From the NCBI GenBank assembly GCA_027492035.1, contig JAOZFT010000004.1, positions 416,001 through 480,000 of the forward strand: a DNA stretch of 64,000 nt. The letters are read 5' to 3'. The stretch comes from Thermoproteota archaeon (lineage in GTDB: Archaea; Korarchaeota; JAOZGF01; JAOZFZ01). Position numbers and translations under genes: made by a program. Positions 8,926 to 19,872 of this stretch are shown piece after piece (positions within the stretch are counted from its first letter, which is position 1; each line of letters opens with the position of its first letter). Under the pieces are notes generated by a model, which did not search any database, was not told the DNA's origin, and saw only the letters and a program-made list of their open reading frames with translations.

Positions 8926-10020
8926 CTATTTTTCATTTATAAACCTATCCTTTAACTTTTTGAGAACCTGGGGTAATGTTGTGTATTCCATTTCGTGGGC
9001 GCTTAATCTGTGGGGCATAAAGGGGCCGTGTTTCCTTAAGTAGTCGCTGACAAAATTGGCCATATCTCTCGCGTTGTTAAAAGCTGGATCATCAAATAAA
9101 TCAGCCGGGCCTATTAGTAAACCATTTGAAACTTGGAAACCCAATGCAACTATTCGTGGGGGGCCGTCAAATCTAGTGCATTTGGCATCTTTTAGCCCCA
9201 CAGGCATTAAGGGACCTATATGGCTTCCTCGCATCCATCCAGCCACTAGATGGGGGAAACTGAAACCCTCCAGTATTTCCCCAATGGCTGGCAATCCATG
9301 CTGAGCCCTAACTATCGCTACTGGGTCATCTTTACCCACGTATTTCCCCGCTATCAAATTCACTTTATCTGTACTCACCGATGCAGCTACTGTTCCATCC
9401 TTCTTTGAAACCTCCTTTATAACATATTTACCTGTTGTTCCTATTAAAGCCAAAATGTCGTACATTTCCTCTGGACTGCTTAACTGAAGCATATCACCTG
9501 TGTAAACATCAGTTATTTTGAAATTGAAGCCCTCATGCATTTTTGGGTCTATAACCAAGCCTGCTGTACAGAAAGGGTCTGAAAAAATTCTGAAAAGAGG
9601 TAAATTGAAAGCTCCAGGTTCTGTTTTGTCAGCCATTAAAACTACGACAGGTTCTGATTTCCTCTCTTCAAATTCCAGCTCGGCTACACCTGGACCCATA
9701 CCTCTGACGTTACCTGAAAAGGCTTCTTTGAGAATATCTTGCCCAGCAGCATAAAGGTGCATCTCTTGAGCTTTTTGTTTACATTTATTAAATGCTTCCC
9801 AGGCTAGGCTGTGCACTTCACTGCTATTTTTTCCTTTTCTATGACTCATCACCAGCTCTAAGTCGTCTCCGCAATTAGTTACAAAAAAATCTTTTATTAT
9901 CCCCTCCTCTTTCCCCCTCTTTAAGTTCTCCTTAGCTGTGTCAAGCAGTGGCTTTGGCACTATGTGATGTCCTGCTAGTGACCCTACATCAGCCTTTATT
10001 ACCGAAATTGTAACCTTCAA
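8926..10020 (-). CDS. fbp: Fructose-1,6-bisphosphate aldolase/phosphatase (class V)
   Basis: ISVIKADVG, CGDDLEL, LYAAGQD, FSGNVRGMGPG, DKTEPGAFNLP, YVGKDDP, GWMRGSH, RFDGPP. Confidence 0.97.
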   Translation of the reverse strand: MKVTISVIKADVGSLAGHHIVPKPLLDTAKENLKRGKEEGIIKDFFVTNCGDDLELVMSHRKGKNSSEVHSLAWEAFNKCKQKAQEMHLYAAGQDILKEAFSGNVRGMGPGVAELEFEERKSEPVVVLMADKTEPGAFNLPLFRIFSDPFCTAGLVIDPKMHEGFNFKITDVYTGDMLQLSSPEEMYDILALIGTTGKYVIKEVSKKDGTVAASVSTDKVNLIAGKYVGKDDPVAIVRAQHGLPAIGEILEGFSFPHLVAGWMRGSHIGPLMPVGLKDAKCTRFDGPPRIVALGFQVSNGLLIGPADLFDDPAFNNARDMANFVSDYLRKHGPFMPHRLSAHEMEYTTLPQVLKKLKDRFINEK

Positions 10021-10076
10021 TTATTTCCCCTCGACCAAATGCTTAAAATTGTTTTCTTAAATTGGTAAAAGGGACA

Positions 10077-12593
10077 TTAGTTAAAAAAACTTTCTAAAGT
10101 TTTAGACCCTATTATTTCGTCGAAATCTAGGTTAAGGGCATCAAGTACTTGTTCAAAAGTTGTTTTTAATGTTTCAACATATTTATCAATGTCTATTTCG
10201 CTTTTCTTTGTGAGACTTAACGGTTTAACTCCTATTTTGCCTTTTGTTTTGATGAAATTTATTGTGTCTCCTGGTTCTATGTTTACTCCCTTCTTTTCAA
10301 GCATTCTTGCAGCTTTAACATGTTGAGGAGTTGTTTTAGTGTACCTGTTTAATGGCTTTGTCAAAGAAACTTTAAAGGAGAGATCCTCCAGGTTAAATGT
10401 TTTGTTTTTAAGTGCAAGATACTTTTCCTTAATTATTTTCTGTATTTCCTTCTTGGCTTCTTTAAATTCTTGTTCAGTTTTCACTTTCCCTAAAATCTCA
10501 ACCATTTCATAAAAAGCGGTCTTTATGAAGGGGGGAGTGTTCTTCTTTTTCCCTATAAGACCCTTTATATCCACTGTGCCGTCAAGATAAACCCCTATGT
10601 AATTCTTTTTCCTTTTCGATAAGGCAACATATCGATAAATCTTGTCTATATCCATATCTATGCTGAATTTCTCCTCAACCCATCTCATAAGTTCCTCTAT
10701 AACTTTTTTAGGTGGTTTTTCAAGAAAAACAGAATCTGTGTCACCATAAATTACTTTTATTCCCCTTCTTTGAGATTCCTTCATGACTTCTATGATCAAA
10801 TGTCTACCATAAGCTGTTATGCTTTCTGCCACAGGTGGACAGTAGTAGCTGAATGTTTCAGCACCTAAAACACCATAAGATGCGTTCAATATGACCTTAA
10901 GAGCTTGCTGTATGACTTTATTTTTTTCTCTTTCTTTTACAGGTAAATCCTTGGCTTTGGATTTTGGTTTGAACCACCTCACTCTTACATCCCTTAAAGA
11001 TCCCATCAAAACAGAAATTAAGCCTCTTCGCCTCGTACAAACCCAATGAGGTGTGTCAGGAACTTTGTTTCCTCTACACCCCGGATCGTTACAGTTAATT
11101 GTTTCGTAACTTAAGTTTCTACTTTTTATTAAGCTTGGATAAAGACTGGCGAAATCTAGCACTGTGACGTTGAAATGAACTCCTTCAGCCGGTGGAATAA
11201 TCACAGCCCCCTTGTACTTTTTTCCCTGAATTACAGACTTTGTTTTTGCTTCTCCCTTCTTTTCAATAATGTCCTCAGAGTTTGGAATCAATAACCCCCT
11301 TTTTCGGTGTTCGTAGTTTAAAAGGTTTCTTATCCAAGCTGAAACTCCTGTCCTTGTCACATCTTCTAAACTTAATCTAGAAATTTTACTGATCAAAATG
11401 ATTAAGTTCATAACTAGGCCGTCATTGAAAGTTGTTAACTCCATTGTCAATTCGGAATCTCTAAGACAGTATTTGGCGAGTTGCTCCAAAGTCAACTGTG
11501 AAATCTCTTCTTCTAATTCTATTTTCCCTTTAGAGAGTAAAGCTGTTGACACTTCATCAAGAGTTGCGTTTCTGTATCTTTCAGAGAAAGCGTAAACTTG
11601 GATTGACCTGTTATGAAAGAATTTATAAAGGTCTAAATGAAGCCCAGGCTCTATTTTAAACGAATCTTTTCCTTCCTTTAAAGGAATCTCCTTCCGGTTT
11701 ATTCCAAGTTTTTCAGCTCTATGAGCCAAGTAGGGTAAATCAAAGTTGTCTCCGTTAAAAGTAACCAGTAAAGGAATATTTTTTATTTCATTAAATATCT
11801 CCCTGATCATTTCTTGTTCAGAATTGAAAAAGTAAACCTTCGCCCTCTCTTTCAAACTTTCCAAATTCCCCTCTTTTACAGAAACTCTCTTCAGTAGAAA
11901 TATTTTCCGTTCTGACTTATTACTGACTAGAGTTGCAGCTATTACTGGGTAATTAGCTTCTTTTGCGTAAGGTATCCTCCCAACTTTTGGAGAGAAAACT
12001 TCTATGTCTAAAGCTGTTCTGGTGATATTAGGTATGGTAGCTGATAACAACTTAAACCAGTTAGCTGTTTCTTTATAAACTTCTGGGTCGAAAAGGAGCT
12101 CCTCCCTGAATAAGTTTTTCCATTTTTCATTTTTCCCGTTTTCTTTTTCAACCCTTTTTAAGGAGCCGCTTTCACTGATGAGATATTCCTCCCCAATTAT
12201 AAGCTTATGATCATAAATATAATTGTTCCTGTATTTTATTTTATCCTCCCATAAGTGAGCGCTTAACTTTTTTCTTTCGAAAACTTCTCTTATGCTGTTT
12301 CTCCTTCCACTTATCCATAAAGGATCTTCAACCTCTATTTTTGTAAATTTCCTTTTCTTGTTTAGTAATGTATCGAAAAGAGTTACTTCTTTAAAGCTAA
12401 GAACAGCTTGTTGTATTTCTTTATCTAACACTTTCTGTACTTCTTCTTTGGTTAAATCCGTTAAACAATAAGGTCTATGACCGGTTGAATCAGCTACTTT
12501 CAAAATTATTTCTTTTTCAGGGTTATAGAATTTCATTATTGCCTTCTTTTCTTTTCCATCATAATTTACGCCAAGTAAAAAGCCTCTTTCCAT
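10077..12593 (-). CDS. polB: Family B DNA polymerase (PolB1 type)
   Basis: Exo DIE and FNGDNFDLPY; DFASLYPS; KVILNASYG; YGDTDS; N-terminus typical of PolB1. Confidence 0.96.
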   Translation of the reverse strand: MERGFLLGVNYDGKEKKAIMKFYNPEKEIILKVADSTGHRPYCLTDLTKEEVQKVLDKEIQQAVLSFKEVTLFDTLLNKKRKFTKIEVEDPLWISGRRNSIREVFERKKLSAHLWEDKIKYRNNYIYDHKLIIGEEYLISESGSLKRVEKENGKNEKWKNLFREELLFDPEVYKETANWFKLLSATIPNITRTALDIEVFSPKVGRIPYAKEANYPVIAATLVSNKSERKIFLLKRVSVKEGNLESLKERAKVYFFNSEQEMIREIFNEIKNIPLLVTFNGDNFDLPYLAHRAEKLGINRKEIPLKEGKDSFKIEPGLHLDLYKFFHNRSIQVYAFSERYRNATLDEVSTALLSKGKIELEEEISQLTLEQLAKYCLRDSELTMELTTFNDGLVMNLIILISKISRLSLEDVTRTGVSAWIRNLLNYEHRKRGLLIPNSEDIIEKKGEAKTKSVIQGKKYKGAVIIPPAEGVHFNVTVLDFASLYPSLIKSRNLSYETINCNDPGCRGNKVPDTPHWVCTRRRGLISVLMGSLRDVRVRWFKPKSKAKDLPVKEREKNKVIQQALKVILNASYGVLGAETFSYYCPPVAESITAYGRHLIIEVMKESQRRGIKVIYGDTDSVFLEKPPKKVIEELMRWVEEKFSIDMDIDKIYRYVALSKRKKNYIGVYLDGTVDIKGLIGKKKNTPPFIKTAFYEMVEILGKVKTEQEFKEAKKEIQKIIKEKYLALKNKTFNLEDLSFKVSLTKPLNRYTKTTPQHVKAARMLEKKGVNIEPGDTINFIKTKGKIGVKPLSLTKKSEIDIDKYVETLKTTFEQVLDALNLDFDEIIGSKTLESFFN

Positions 12594-12764
12594 TTATTTA
12601 CCACTATAAAGGTTTTTGATTCCCTCTTTTCTTAGAAAAAGAGGAAACTTAAAAATTTTGGTGATCTTTCTTGTCAGCCCTTCTTTCTATGATAAAAGGA
12701 AGAATTTTTTAAATCTATTTTTGTGTATGAAGAGGGTATAGAAGAAATGAAAAGCAATGAAGGG

Positions 12765-13043
12765 TTAATTTCTTATTTCAAGCCATTCTAAAGGTATATC
12801 CTGATATACTCCACTTCCTCTTATCCTTCTTCTAATGATTAAAGGCAGGACTTTCTTTTTCAATTCAAGTTTGGCGATTTCAACGGGGTCAATTAAATTA
12901 GGAGGCAGTTCAATTAAAATAGGTGCTCCTACTTCAATCTGTAAAGCTCTAGCAGAAATTATTGCTACTCTTTCATATTTAGTTAAAAAGGGAGGTCCTA
13001 TTTTCACCTTCCCGCTTAAGTTGGAAGAGTTTTTTTTAGGCAA
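12765..13043 (-). CDS. rpoK: RNA polymerase subunit K (Rpo6)
   Basis: LTKYERVAIISARALQIEVGAP...IAKLEL...LPLIIRR. Confidence 0.95.
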   Translation of the reverse strand: MPKKNSSNLSGKVKIGPPFLTKYERVAIISARALQIEVGAPILIELPPNLIDPVEIAKLELKKKVLPLIIRRRIRGSGVYQDIPLEWLEIRN

Positions 13044-13105
13044 AGATGATTAACCTCAAAAAATGAGGGAAGGTTTTTGTTTTTCACCTCTCAATAACTT
13101 ATCCT

Positions 13106-14767
13106 TTAATAAGGTGGAGCTCCCCCTGGATAACTTTGAGGTAACGGCTGTGCACCTGCTCCCTTCCCTTTCTCCATTTTACCTGCAGCTATTACATCGT
13201 CTATTCTCAATATCATTTCTGCAGCTTCAGTAGCTGAAGCAATGGCTTGTTTTTTGACTCTGGTGGGTTCAATTACTCCTTCCTTTATCATATCCTTTAT
13301 TTCTCCTGTATTTACTTCAAAACCTGTAGTGAGGTTACCTTGTTTATGTGCAGCTCTTAGCTCGGCTATTTTGTCTATTTGATCAAATCCCGCATTTGTA
13401 ATTAGAACCTTAGGTATTACTTCCACTACGTCCGCAAATGCTTTTACTGCAAATTGTTCCCTTCCACCAAGAGTTTCTGCATATTCCCTTAATTTCCTTG
13501 ACACCTCTATTTCTACTGCTCCCCCACCTGGCACAACTTTTCTGTCTTCCATCACATTTCTCACAACAGCTATCGCATCATGTATGCTTCTTTCAGCTTC
13601 CTCTACTACATGTTTTGCAGCTCCTCTGATAAGTATGGTTACGGCCTTCGGGTTTTTACAGTTTTCAACGAAGACCATTTTATCCTCTCCTACCTTCCTT
13701 TCTTCAACTAGCCCTGCATAGCCTAAATCTCCTTCTGAAAGTTCTTCTATATTGGTTATTATTCTTGCACCTGTTGCTTTAGCTAATTTTCCCATATCTG
13801 ATTTCTTAACCCTTCTCACTGCTAAAATATCTGCTTTTGCAAGGAAGTGTTGGGCTACTTCATCTATCCCTTTTTGGCAAAAGACAACGTTTGCCTTTGC
13901 TTCTTTAATTTTGTCCACCATTTCTCTCAACAACTCTACTTCTTGGTCGAGAAATGCTTTCATTTGTTCAGGGTTTGAAATTCTGATTTTTGCATCTATT
14001 TCTGTTTTCTCTATCTCTAACGGGTTCTGGATTAAAGCTATCCTTGCATTCTCCACTTTTTTTGGCATATCTGAATGGACAACTTCTTTATCAATAACCA
14101 TCCCCCTTATTAACTGCGTTTCAGCTATTGACTTACCTTCTTTCTTCTCAACTTTTATATTATCTATGTCAACTTTGACTTTTCCGTTCTGTTTTGTTTT
14201 TACTATGTCTGCTGCTTGCACTATTAGTTCAGCAAGTTCTTTTCTTGATCCTGCCACATCCTTTGAAGCCAAAGCCGTTTCAGCAACTTTCTTCAGGGTC
14301 TCCACATCTCCCTCTTTAACCTCTATTGCTAAACTGTCAATTATTTCAGCTGCTTTTCTAGCTGCCTTTTTGTATCCTTCAATTATCACTGTAGGATGTA
14401 TCTCTTGGTCGACTAATTCTTCAGCTACTTTTAAGAGTTCACCTGCTAACACCACCACACTTGTAGTGCCGTCTCCTGTTTCGTCATCCTGAGCTTTAGC
14501 CACTTCAACCATCATTTTAGCTGCAGGATGTTCAACATCCATTTCTTTCAGCATAGTTGCTCCGTCACTAGTTATTACAATGTCCCCCAGTGAATCCACC
14601 AGCATTTTATCCATCCCCATTGGGCCAAGTGAGGTTTTCAAGGATTCAGCTATGGTTTTAGCCACTTCTATGTTTATTCTTAAAGCACTTCTTCCAACTT
14701 CTCTAGTCGTTCCTTCCTTAAGAATTAAAATAGGCTGACCACTTGGCGTCTGAGCTGCAATAGCCAA
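13106..14767 (-). CDS. ths: Thermosome (group II chaperonin) subunit
   Basis: [36 protein letters not shown]. Confidence 0.97.
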   Translation of the reverse strand: MAIAAQTPSGQPILILKEGTTREVGRSALRINIEVAKTIAESLKTSLGPMGMDKMLVDSLGDIVITSDGATMLKEMDVEHPAAKMMVEVAKAQDDETGDGTTSVVVLAGELLKVAEELVDQEIHPTVIIEGYKKAARKAAEIIDSLAIEVKEGDVETLKKVAETALASKDVAGSRKELAELIVQAADIVKTKQNGKVKVDIDNIKVEKKEGKSIAETQLIRGMVIDKEVVHSDMPKKVENARIALIQNPLEIEKTEIDAKIRISNPEQMKAFLDQEVELLREMVDKIKEAKANVVFCQKGIDEVAQHFLAKADILAVRRVKKSDMGKLAKATGARIITNIEELSEGDLGYAGLVEERKVGEDKMVFVENCKNPKAVTILIRGAAKHVVEEAERSIHDAIAVVRNVMEDRKVVPGGGAVEIEVSRKLREYAETLGGREQFAVKAFADVVEVIPKVLITNAGFDQIDKIAELRAAHKQGNLTTGFEVNTGEIKDMIKEGVIEPTRVKKQAIASATEAAEMILRIDDVIAAGKMEKGKGAGAQPLPQSYPGGAPPY

Positions 14768-15036
14768 TTAAATCACCTCAGAAAATGTGAAAGAAATTAT
14801 TTCATCAAACAACAAAAGTGAAGAGTTAAATGTGTTTATGAAGATGCTTCTTCAGGGAAATTATTTTCTGGAAAGAAACACCTTAAAAATTTGTCCCACA
14901 TTTATTCATATCTTTTTTAAAAATCCAATTTAAAAGTTTCGTTTTATAATGTTTCAGAAATACATTACTGGTTTATGTTTTTAAATTATTTGCCTCGAAA
15001 GAAATTGCTTTTTTTCAAAAATAAGTATCTGTTATT

Positions 15037-15768
15037 TTAATTTTTTAGAAACAGCAATCTTATAGTAAATAAAGCAGCAGCTACACTGAAGGGTACTGTA
15101 AAATTGTCGAAGGGTTTAGCTGGACCTACACTTATGAATTCAACCACTGTAGCTATAACCGACACAGCTAAAGAAATAATTAGTAATGTAGGTACAGAAA
15201 ACTGGGTTGCTTGAAAGCTCTTAACCAATAATTCACCAGCCAATGCACCTATAAAACCAAAAATAAACATGGCTAGACTTCCTTCTAAACTCTTATCTTT
15301 ACTTATCAACGTATGCCTCTTTTTCGCTCTTTTCCCAATTATTGCAGCGGCACCGTCACCCCAAGCCATTACAAAAGTTGAAACGATTGCTACATCTTTA
15401 TAGGAGCTAAAAAACAATAGGACAAGAAGGAATATTGACACTATGTAGTAAAGGGGGCCATAAGCGTGGAGTTTACTTTTGCCATATTCTTCGCCGATCA
15501 TGGCTTGAGAGAATATTCCCCTCTCTTTCTTAAGAAACTGGTAAGCTGTTAATAACCCTAACCCTCCTGCAACAACCAAGGGATAAACGACGTGGCTGAA
15601 CCAAAGAATGAAAATCACACTCAATCCTGCAAACAAATGAATAGATTTACGAGTTATCTCTGTACTGAGTCCAAGTTTCCTCCTTAACCCTTCAGAAATC
15701 AAAATGATGAAAAATACATATAAATAAGCTAAAGCAACTAAAAAAATGTCCATCCACATAGACATCAC
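15037..15768 (-). CDS. Polyprenol/phytol/dolichol kinase family membrane protein
   Basis: RKSIH, MAWGDGAAAIIG, KSLEGS, DNFTVP; multiple TM helices. Confidence 0.85.
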   Translation of the reverse strand: MMSMWMDIFLVALAYLYVFFIILISEGLRRKLGLSTEITRKSIHLFAGLSVIFILWFSHVVYPLVVAGGLGLLTAYQFLKKERGIFSQAMIGEEYGKSKLHAYGPLYYIVSIFLLVLLFFSSYKDVAIVSTFVMAWGDGAAAIIGKRAKKRHTLISKDKSLEGSLAMFIFGFIGALAGELLVKSFQATQFSVPTLLIISLAVSVIATVVEFISVGPAKPFDNFTVPFSVAAALFTIRLLFLKN

Positions 15769-15860
15769 TTAAAAAAGAAACATTTTCAAGTACACTTTCC
15801 CTAAAAAACTCCTTGTTCTTTAAAAAAGAATGCTTTTTTTAAAAACTAGGAGTTAGGAAA

Positions 15861-17114
15861 ATGTTATATAGAAGAGTCCCAGAAACTTTGAGAAGGATGA
15901 ACTCTTTAAAAAGCCACATTCATAAAGTAAGGGTTTTAACCGGTCTTTTTAGGGAAGCAAAACCTACTGAACTTCCCTGCCTGATTTCTCTCCTATCAAG
16001 GCAATTCTTCTTTCCTTGGGACACTAAGCGTTTTAGGCTCGGTATCTACCATCTTTCTAAGGCAGTAACTGAAATTTCAGTTGCTAACTTAGTTATGAGA
16101 GAGTTACAGGTCTCTAAGGAACTAATACATCTTTTCATTAAAGATTTCAATAAATTAAAGAAGCAAACTTCTCTAATTGGGGAACAGCCTTTGTCCATAA
16201 CTGAAGTTTGTTCTCACTTAAAAAAAATACTTGAACTAAAGGGAAAAGGTAGTTTAAGGCAGAAAAAAAGTTTCCTGCAGGCTCTTTTTTTAAGGGCTAG
16301 TAAGGAAGAAGTTGAAAATTTGGTTAAAATAATCTTTCAGCAACCCATATCTATAAAACAGGAAGAACTAATGCTCTCAGCCCTTTCAAACTTTTTCTCC
16401 ATGCCCCTCTCAACCATCAAAGAACTTTATTTCTATAATCCCCACTTCAAGAAATTAACAGAGGCCCTTATCCTCTTAAAAAACTCAGAAATGAAAGGAG
16501 TCCTTGGCATTACTCTTTTTAAACCTTTAAAACCTATGAACATGGTTACAGTTAAAGAAATAAATGAGGTTACAAAGAAAATTTCTAACCCTGCCTTCCT
16601 TAACTTCCTAAAAGGATTGGAAGTTCAAATTCATTGTTTAAAAAACAAGGAAATTAATTTCAAAATATATACGCATAACCTTGTCGATTTCTCCAACAGG
16701 TTAAAAAAAATCAAAGAAATATTACCGGCAATCAACCATAAAAACTTCATTTTAGAAGCTGAACTCTTAAGTAACGGGAAGCATCCTCTCAGAAGAAAAA
16801 ATCAACCCTCCAAAGAATTAGCTTCAAAGATAAGTAATAAATCTGTTTCCAAAATCGAAATTCAACTGTTATTGGTTGACATTCTCTTTCTTGATGGATT
16901 AAACCTTGCTAAAGAACCAGGAGATATAAGGCTTTCCACTTTACAAAGACTAAAAGTTAAAGAAGGCTATGGAATCATTAAGCCAACAGTTTATTCTCTT
17001 CAAGAGTTCAAAAAAATGGATATAGGATTTGGGGACTACTTAGTAAAGGATAAAAATGCACCATATTACTTAAGCAATAAACTCCTCATTAGAGGAAAAA
17101 GAGGAAATTGTTAA
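15861..17114 (+). CDS. Degenerate ATP-dependent DNA ligase-like protein (DNA-binding domain plus decayed adenylation domain)
   Basis: LSITEV...GKGS...LQALFLRASKEE, KPLKPM, VQIH, FILEAE, VDILFLDG align by eye with lig at 40365-42143; KxDG is replaced by FLKG. Confidence 0.65.
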   Translation: MLYRRVPETLRRMNSLKSHIHKVRVLTGLFREAKPTELPCLISLLSRQFFFPWDTKRFRLGIYHLSKAVTEISVANLVMRELQVSKELIHLFIKDFNKLKKQTSLIGEQPLSITEVCSHLKKILELKGKGSLRQKKSFLQALFLRASKEEVENLVKIIFQQPISIKQEELMLSALSNFFSMPLSTIKELYFYNPHFKKLTEALILLKNSEMKGVLGITLFKPLKPMNMVTVKEINEVTKKISNPAFLNFLKGLEVQIHCLKNKEINFKIYTHNLVDFSNRLKKIKEILPAINHKNFILEAELLSNGKHPLRRKNQPSKELASKISNKSVSKIEIQLLLVDILFLDGLNLAKEPGDIRLSTLQRLKVKEGYGIIKPTVYSLQEFKKMDIGFGDYLVKDKNAPYYLSNKLLIRGKRGNC

Positions 17115-17457
17115 ACCGTATAGATTTCACTCTCCATGTGTCTTTGCGCCATGTAAAGATACAAAGGCTGTTTCATGAGGTGCATGTTGAAAAGGCTGAG
17201 GAAGTTGTTGAAAGAAAAACAAAAATCAAGGAAACGGTGAAAAACATAATTGGGAGGGTGGCATGCTATCTGTAGAATCTCCTGAAAAGGTTACGTTAAA
17301 AAATGAAAGAATCCGTGAGCAAAGAAGGGTCCACAGCCCTTTATCATATTTTAAAAGAATGAAAGTTATGTCAAAACACAATTTCTCATTACGCAAAAAA
17401 GGGTGTAATGAAGAAAGTTAAGTAATGCGTTAGACAAGCCTAATTATATAAGGAGGA

Positions 17458-17549
17458 CGCCCCGGGCGGGATTTGAACCCACGTCAATGGCTCGACAGGC
17501 CATTATGCTCTCCGTTTTCGGTTTTAAAGCCGGGCTACACCACCGGGGC
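17458..17549 (-). tRNA. tRNA-Asp(GUC) with ~16-nt D-arm intron (about 17508-17523)
   Basis: GCCCCGG/CCGGGGC acceptor, ATGGC-CTGTCGA-GCCAT anticodon arm, T arm; oversize D arm with CTTT/GGAG helix. Confidence 0.88.
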
Positions 17550-17714
17550 ATTTAAGTAAGTAATGTGCTGTTTTTTAAAATATTCCCTTTTACCCCCTTA
17601 ATAAATATTTCTCTTCTCTTTCTTATCATACTTTAATTTGTTTTTAGTTTTGTTTTTTAATGGGTTTAAGGAGTGAATATTATTTTTTACTTTTGTTGGT
17701 TAAAATGTTTTACT

Positions 17715-18644
17715 TTACCAGTTAATTCTTCCAGTTTCCCTTTTCCTGAAGTGGTAAGCAATTCTGTAAGCTTTAGATATTAAGTAATTGTATTTAAATT
17801 TACGTTTGACAGAGTCCAGGTCCTCTCCAACTATCTCATAATCCATTCTCCCCACCCCCTTATGGGAAGCTTTCCTTATGTGTCCTATCAAGTAGGGATG
17901 GAAGCCCATTACTTTTGCTGCGACAGTGTCTGTGGCTACAGGATCCTTGCCTCCAATTAATAAATTTAGGTGGAGGGGTTGACCATAGGTTGGCCCTCTT
18001 TCGCTTTCCATGGCTATTACTCCATCTATCAAACCGAAGTCAGGCTTCATAGCTATGTTTGCATCTACAATTGCCTCATCTAACTTGTCATGGAAATGTA
18101 TTTTCATTCGGTATGGTATTGCTCCAAATTGGTTTTTTAATACACCTGTAACTTTAGTTAACAAGTGGGTTTTTAATTTTGCAAGTGAAATAAAGTAATT
18201 CGCTTCAGCTAAGGTTTTTGAAACTTTGATTTCCTTAAACCTTAACCCATCTATTTTCTTCTTAACAAGTTCGTCTTTTGACAGGTTCAGGAAAGATGCA
18301 TTCCATTTCTCAATTACTTCAGGGTACCCTAACCATTTAAAGTAAAGGGTCGCATCTGTACCTGTGGCATTGCTTTCAGCCACTATAATTTTTAGGTTAC
18401 GGTAATTTATTCTTAAATATTTCAGTAAAGCATTTAAAACCCTTCTGTCAGTTATTGAACCTGTTTCCTCTGTTCTTAAACTGTTAATATTTATTTTAAT
18501 TAGGACTGTGTCATTGTCGTCGATTCCTAAACCGTTAACTAACTCTATAACTTTGGTTACACCTTTGAAAATAGAGGCAGGGTTGCCATGTTTAATTTTA
18601 ACAATTGCAACCTTCTCTCTTCCTTGTCTACTGCTCCAATTCAT
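17715..18644 (-). CDS. DUF362 domain protein
   Basis: VLIKIN, AESNA, ISLAKLKTH, TGVLKNQFG, IDGVIAME..GP, DPVATD. Confidence 0.85.
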   Translation of the reverse strand: MNWSSRQGREKVAIVKIKHGNPASIFKGVTKVIELVNGLGIDDNDTVLIKININSLRTEETGSITDRRVLNALLKYLRINYRNLKIIVAESNATGTDATLYFKWLGYPEVIEKWNASFLNLSKDELVKKKIDGLRFKEIKVSKTLAEANYFISLAKLKTHLLTKVTGVLKNQFGAIPYRMKIHFHDKLDEAIVDANIAMKPDFGLIDGVIAMESERGPTYGQPLHLNLLIGGKDPVATDTVAAKVMGFHPYLIGHIRKASHKGVGRMDYEIVGEDLDSVKRKFKYNYLISKAYRIAYHFRKRETGRINW

Positions 18645-18806
18645 TTTTCTCCACTCTCTTTTTTAAGGAAATATTTAAAGCCTTCCACAAACACTTCAAA
18701 ACAATAGGTTTTACTATGTTTCTTTGAAAAATATTTTTGATTTAAAAGGTGAATGTATTAAAAAATCCCTGTAGAAACCTTAAAAACAGGTTTTAGGTGT
18801 CTCTCT

Positions 18807-19856
18807 TTGCAAAAACTGAAGGTAGGAATAGTAGGGTGTGGGGTTGTTTCTAGACGGGCTCACATTCCCGCTTGGTTGAATGAACCCAGGGTTAAAATTA
18901 AGGCATTGGCTGATGTTAATGAGAGGGCATTAATTAAAGCTAAAAAGTTAGTAGGTGAAGTAAAAACATATTCAAATTATTTTGAGCTTTTAAAGGAAGA
19001 TTTGGACATTATAGATATTGCTACTCCTCCGGAAACACATAAAAAAATAATTCTTGATTCTTTAAAGGAAGGGAAACATGTGTTGGTTGAGAAACCTGCT
19101 GTTTTGGAAAGCAGAACCTGTAACTTAATTAATGAATTGGCTCAAAAGAAGGGGTTAGTTGTTGGGGTGATTCAGAATCACCGTTACATACCTGCCGTAA
19201 TCAATGCAAAGGAAACCATAAAGGGGGGGTTAATAGGTAAACCTGTCAGTTTTAATGTTCAACTTTTTCAAGCAATACCGGGAAGCTGGGCTCATTCACT
19301 TTGGCAGTTCTCTTCAGAAAAAGGTGGAGGTTTACTTTTCAACACAGTAATACATGTAATTGATCTACTGATTTGGTTTTTCGGGGAAGTGACTGAGGTT
19401 TACTGCTTAGGAGGTAAATTCTTTGAAGGGCTAGATACTGAAATGTTTATTGAAGCCTTGGTTAAAACTGAAAAAACAGTGGGTTCAATAGAATCAGCAT
19501 TAATAACTGGTTCTTTTTATCATTCAATGGATATAAGAGGCACAGCTGGTTCAATTAACATAGATTTGAGAAACAATTATTTAAGGGTTTCCCATTCCCA
19601 CGTTACACCCTTAGAAGACTTTATACATAGCTCAAAAAAACTGTTTCAAACATTTTACTCATTGGTTAAAGGGAAATATATGGGAGGGTACCTAATTTTT
19701 CATCAACCTTTAATTAAAGATTTTGTTTCCTCTGTCATAGAAAGAAGTGAACCTCCAGTATCTATTCTGGAAGCAAAAAAATCTTTGAAAGCAATAGAAG
19801 CCATGTTCGCTTCACTAACTAAAGGTGAACCTGTTAAATTAAAAGATGAAACTTAA
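18807..19856 (+). CDS. Gfo/Idh/MocA family oxidoreductase
   Basis: VGIVGCG, IATPPETH, GKHVLVEKP, GGGLLFNTVIH. Confidence 0.92.
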   Translation: MQKLKVGIVGCGVVSRRAHIPAWLNEPRVKIKALADVNERALIKAKKLVGEVKTYSNYFELLKEDLDIIDIATPPETHKKIILDSLKEGKHVLVEKPAVLESRTCNLINELAQKKGLVVGVIQNHRYIPAVINAKETIKGGLIGKPVSFNVQLFQAIPGSWAHSLWQFSSEKGGGLLFNTVIHVIDLLIWFFGEVTEVYCLGGKFFEGLDTEMFIEALVKTEKTVGSIESALITGSFYHSMDIRGTAGSINIDLRNNYLRVSHSHVTPLEDFIHSSKKLFQTFYSLVKGKYMGGYLIFHQPLIKDFVSSVIERSEPPVSILEAKKSLKAIEAMFASLTKGEPVKLKDET

Positions 19857-19872
19857 CAGGTGGTGTTTAACT

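Noticed and set aside
13752-14492. Long antisense ORFs (also 697-1293, 52492-53016, 57757-58323, 63159-63893 and others)
   Set aside because: Shadow frames opposite well-supported genes
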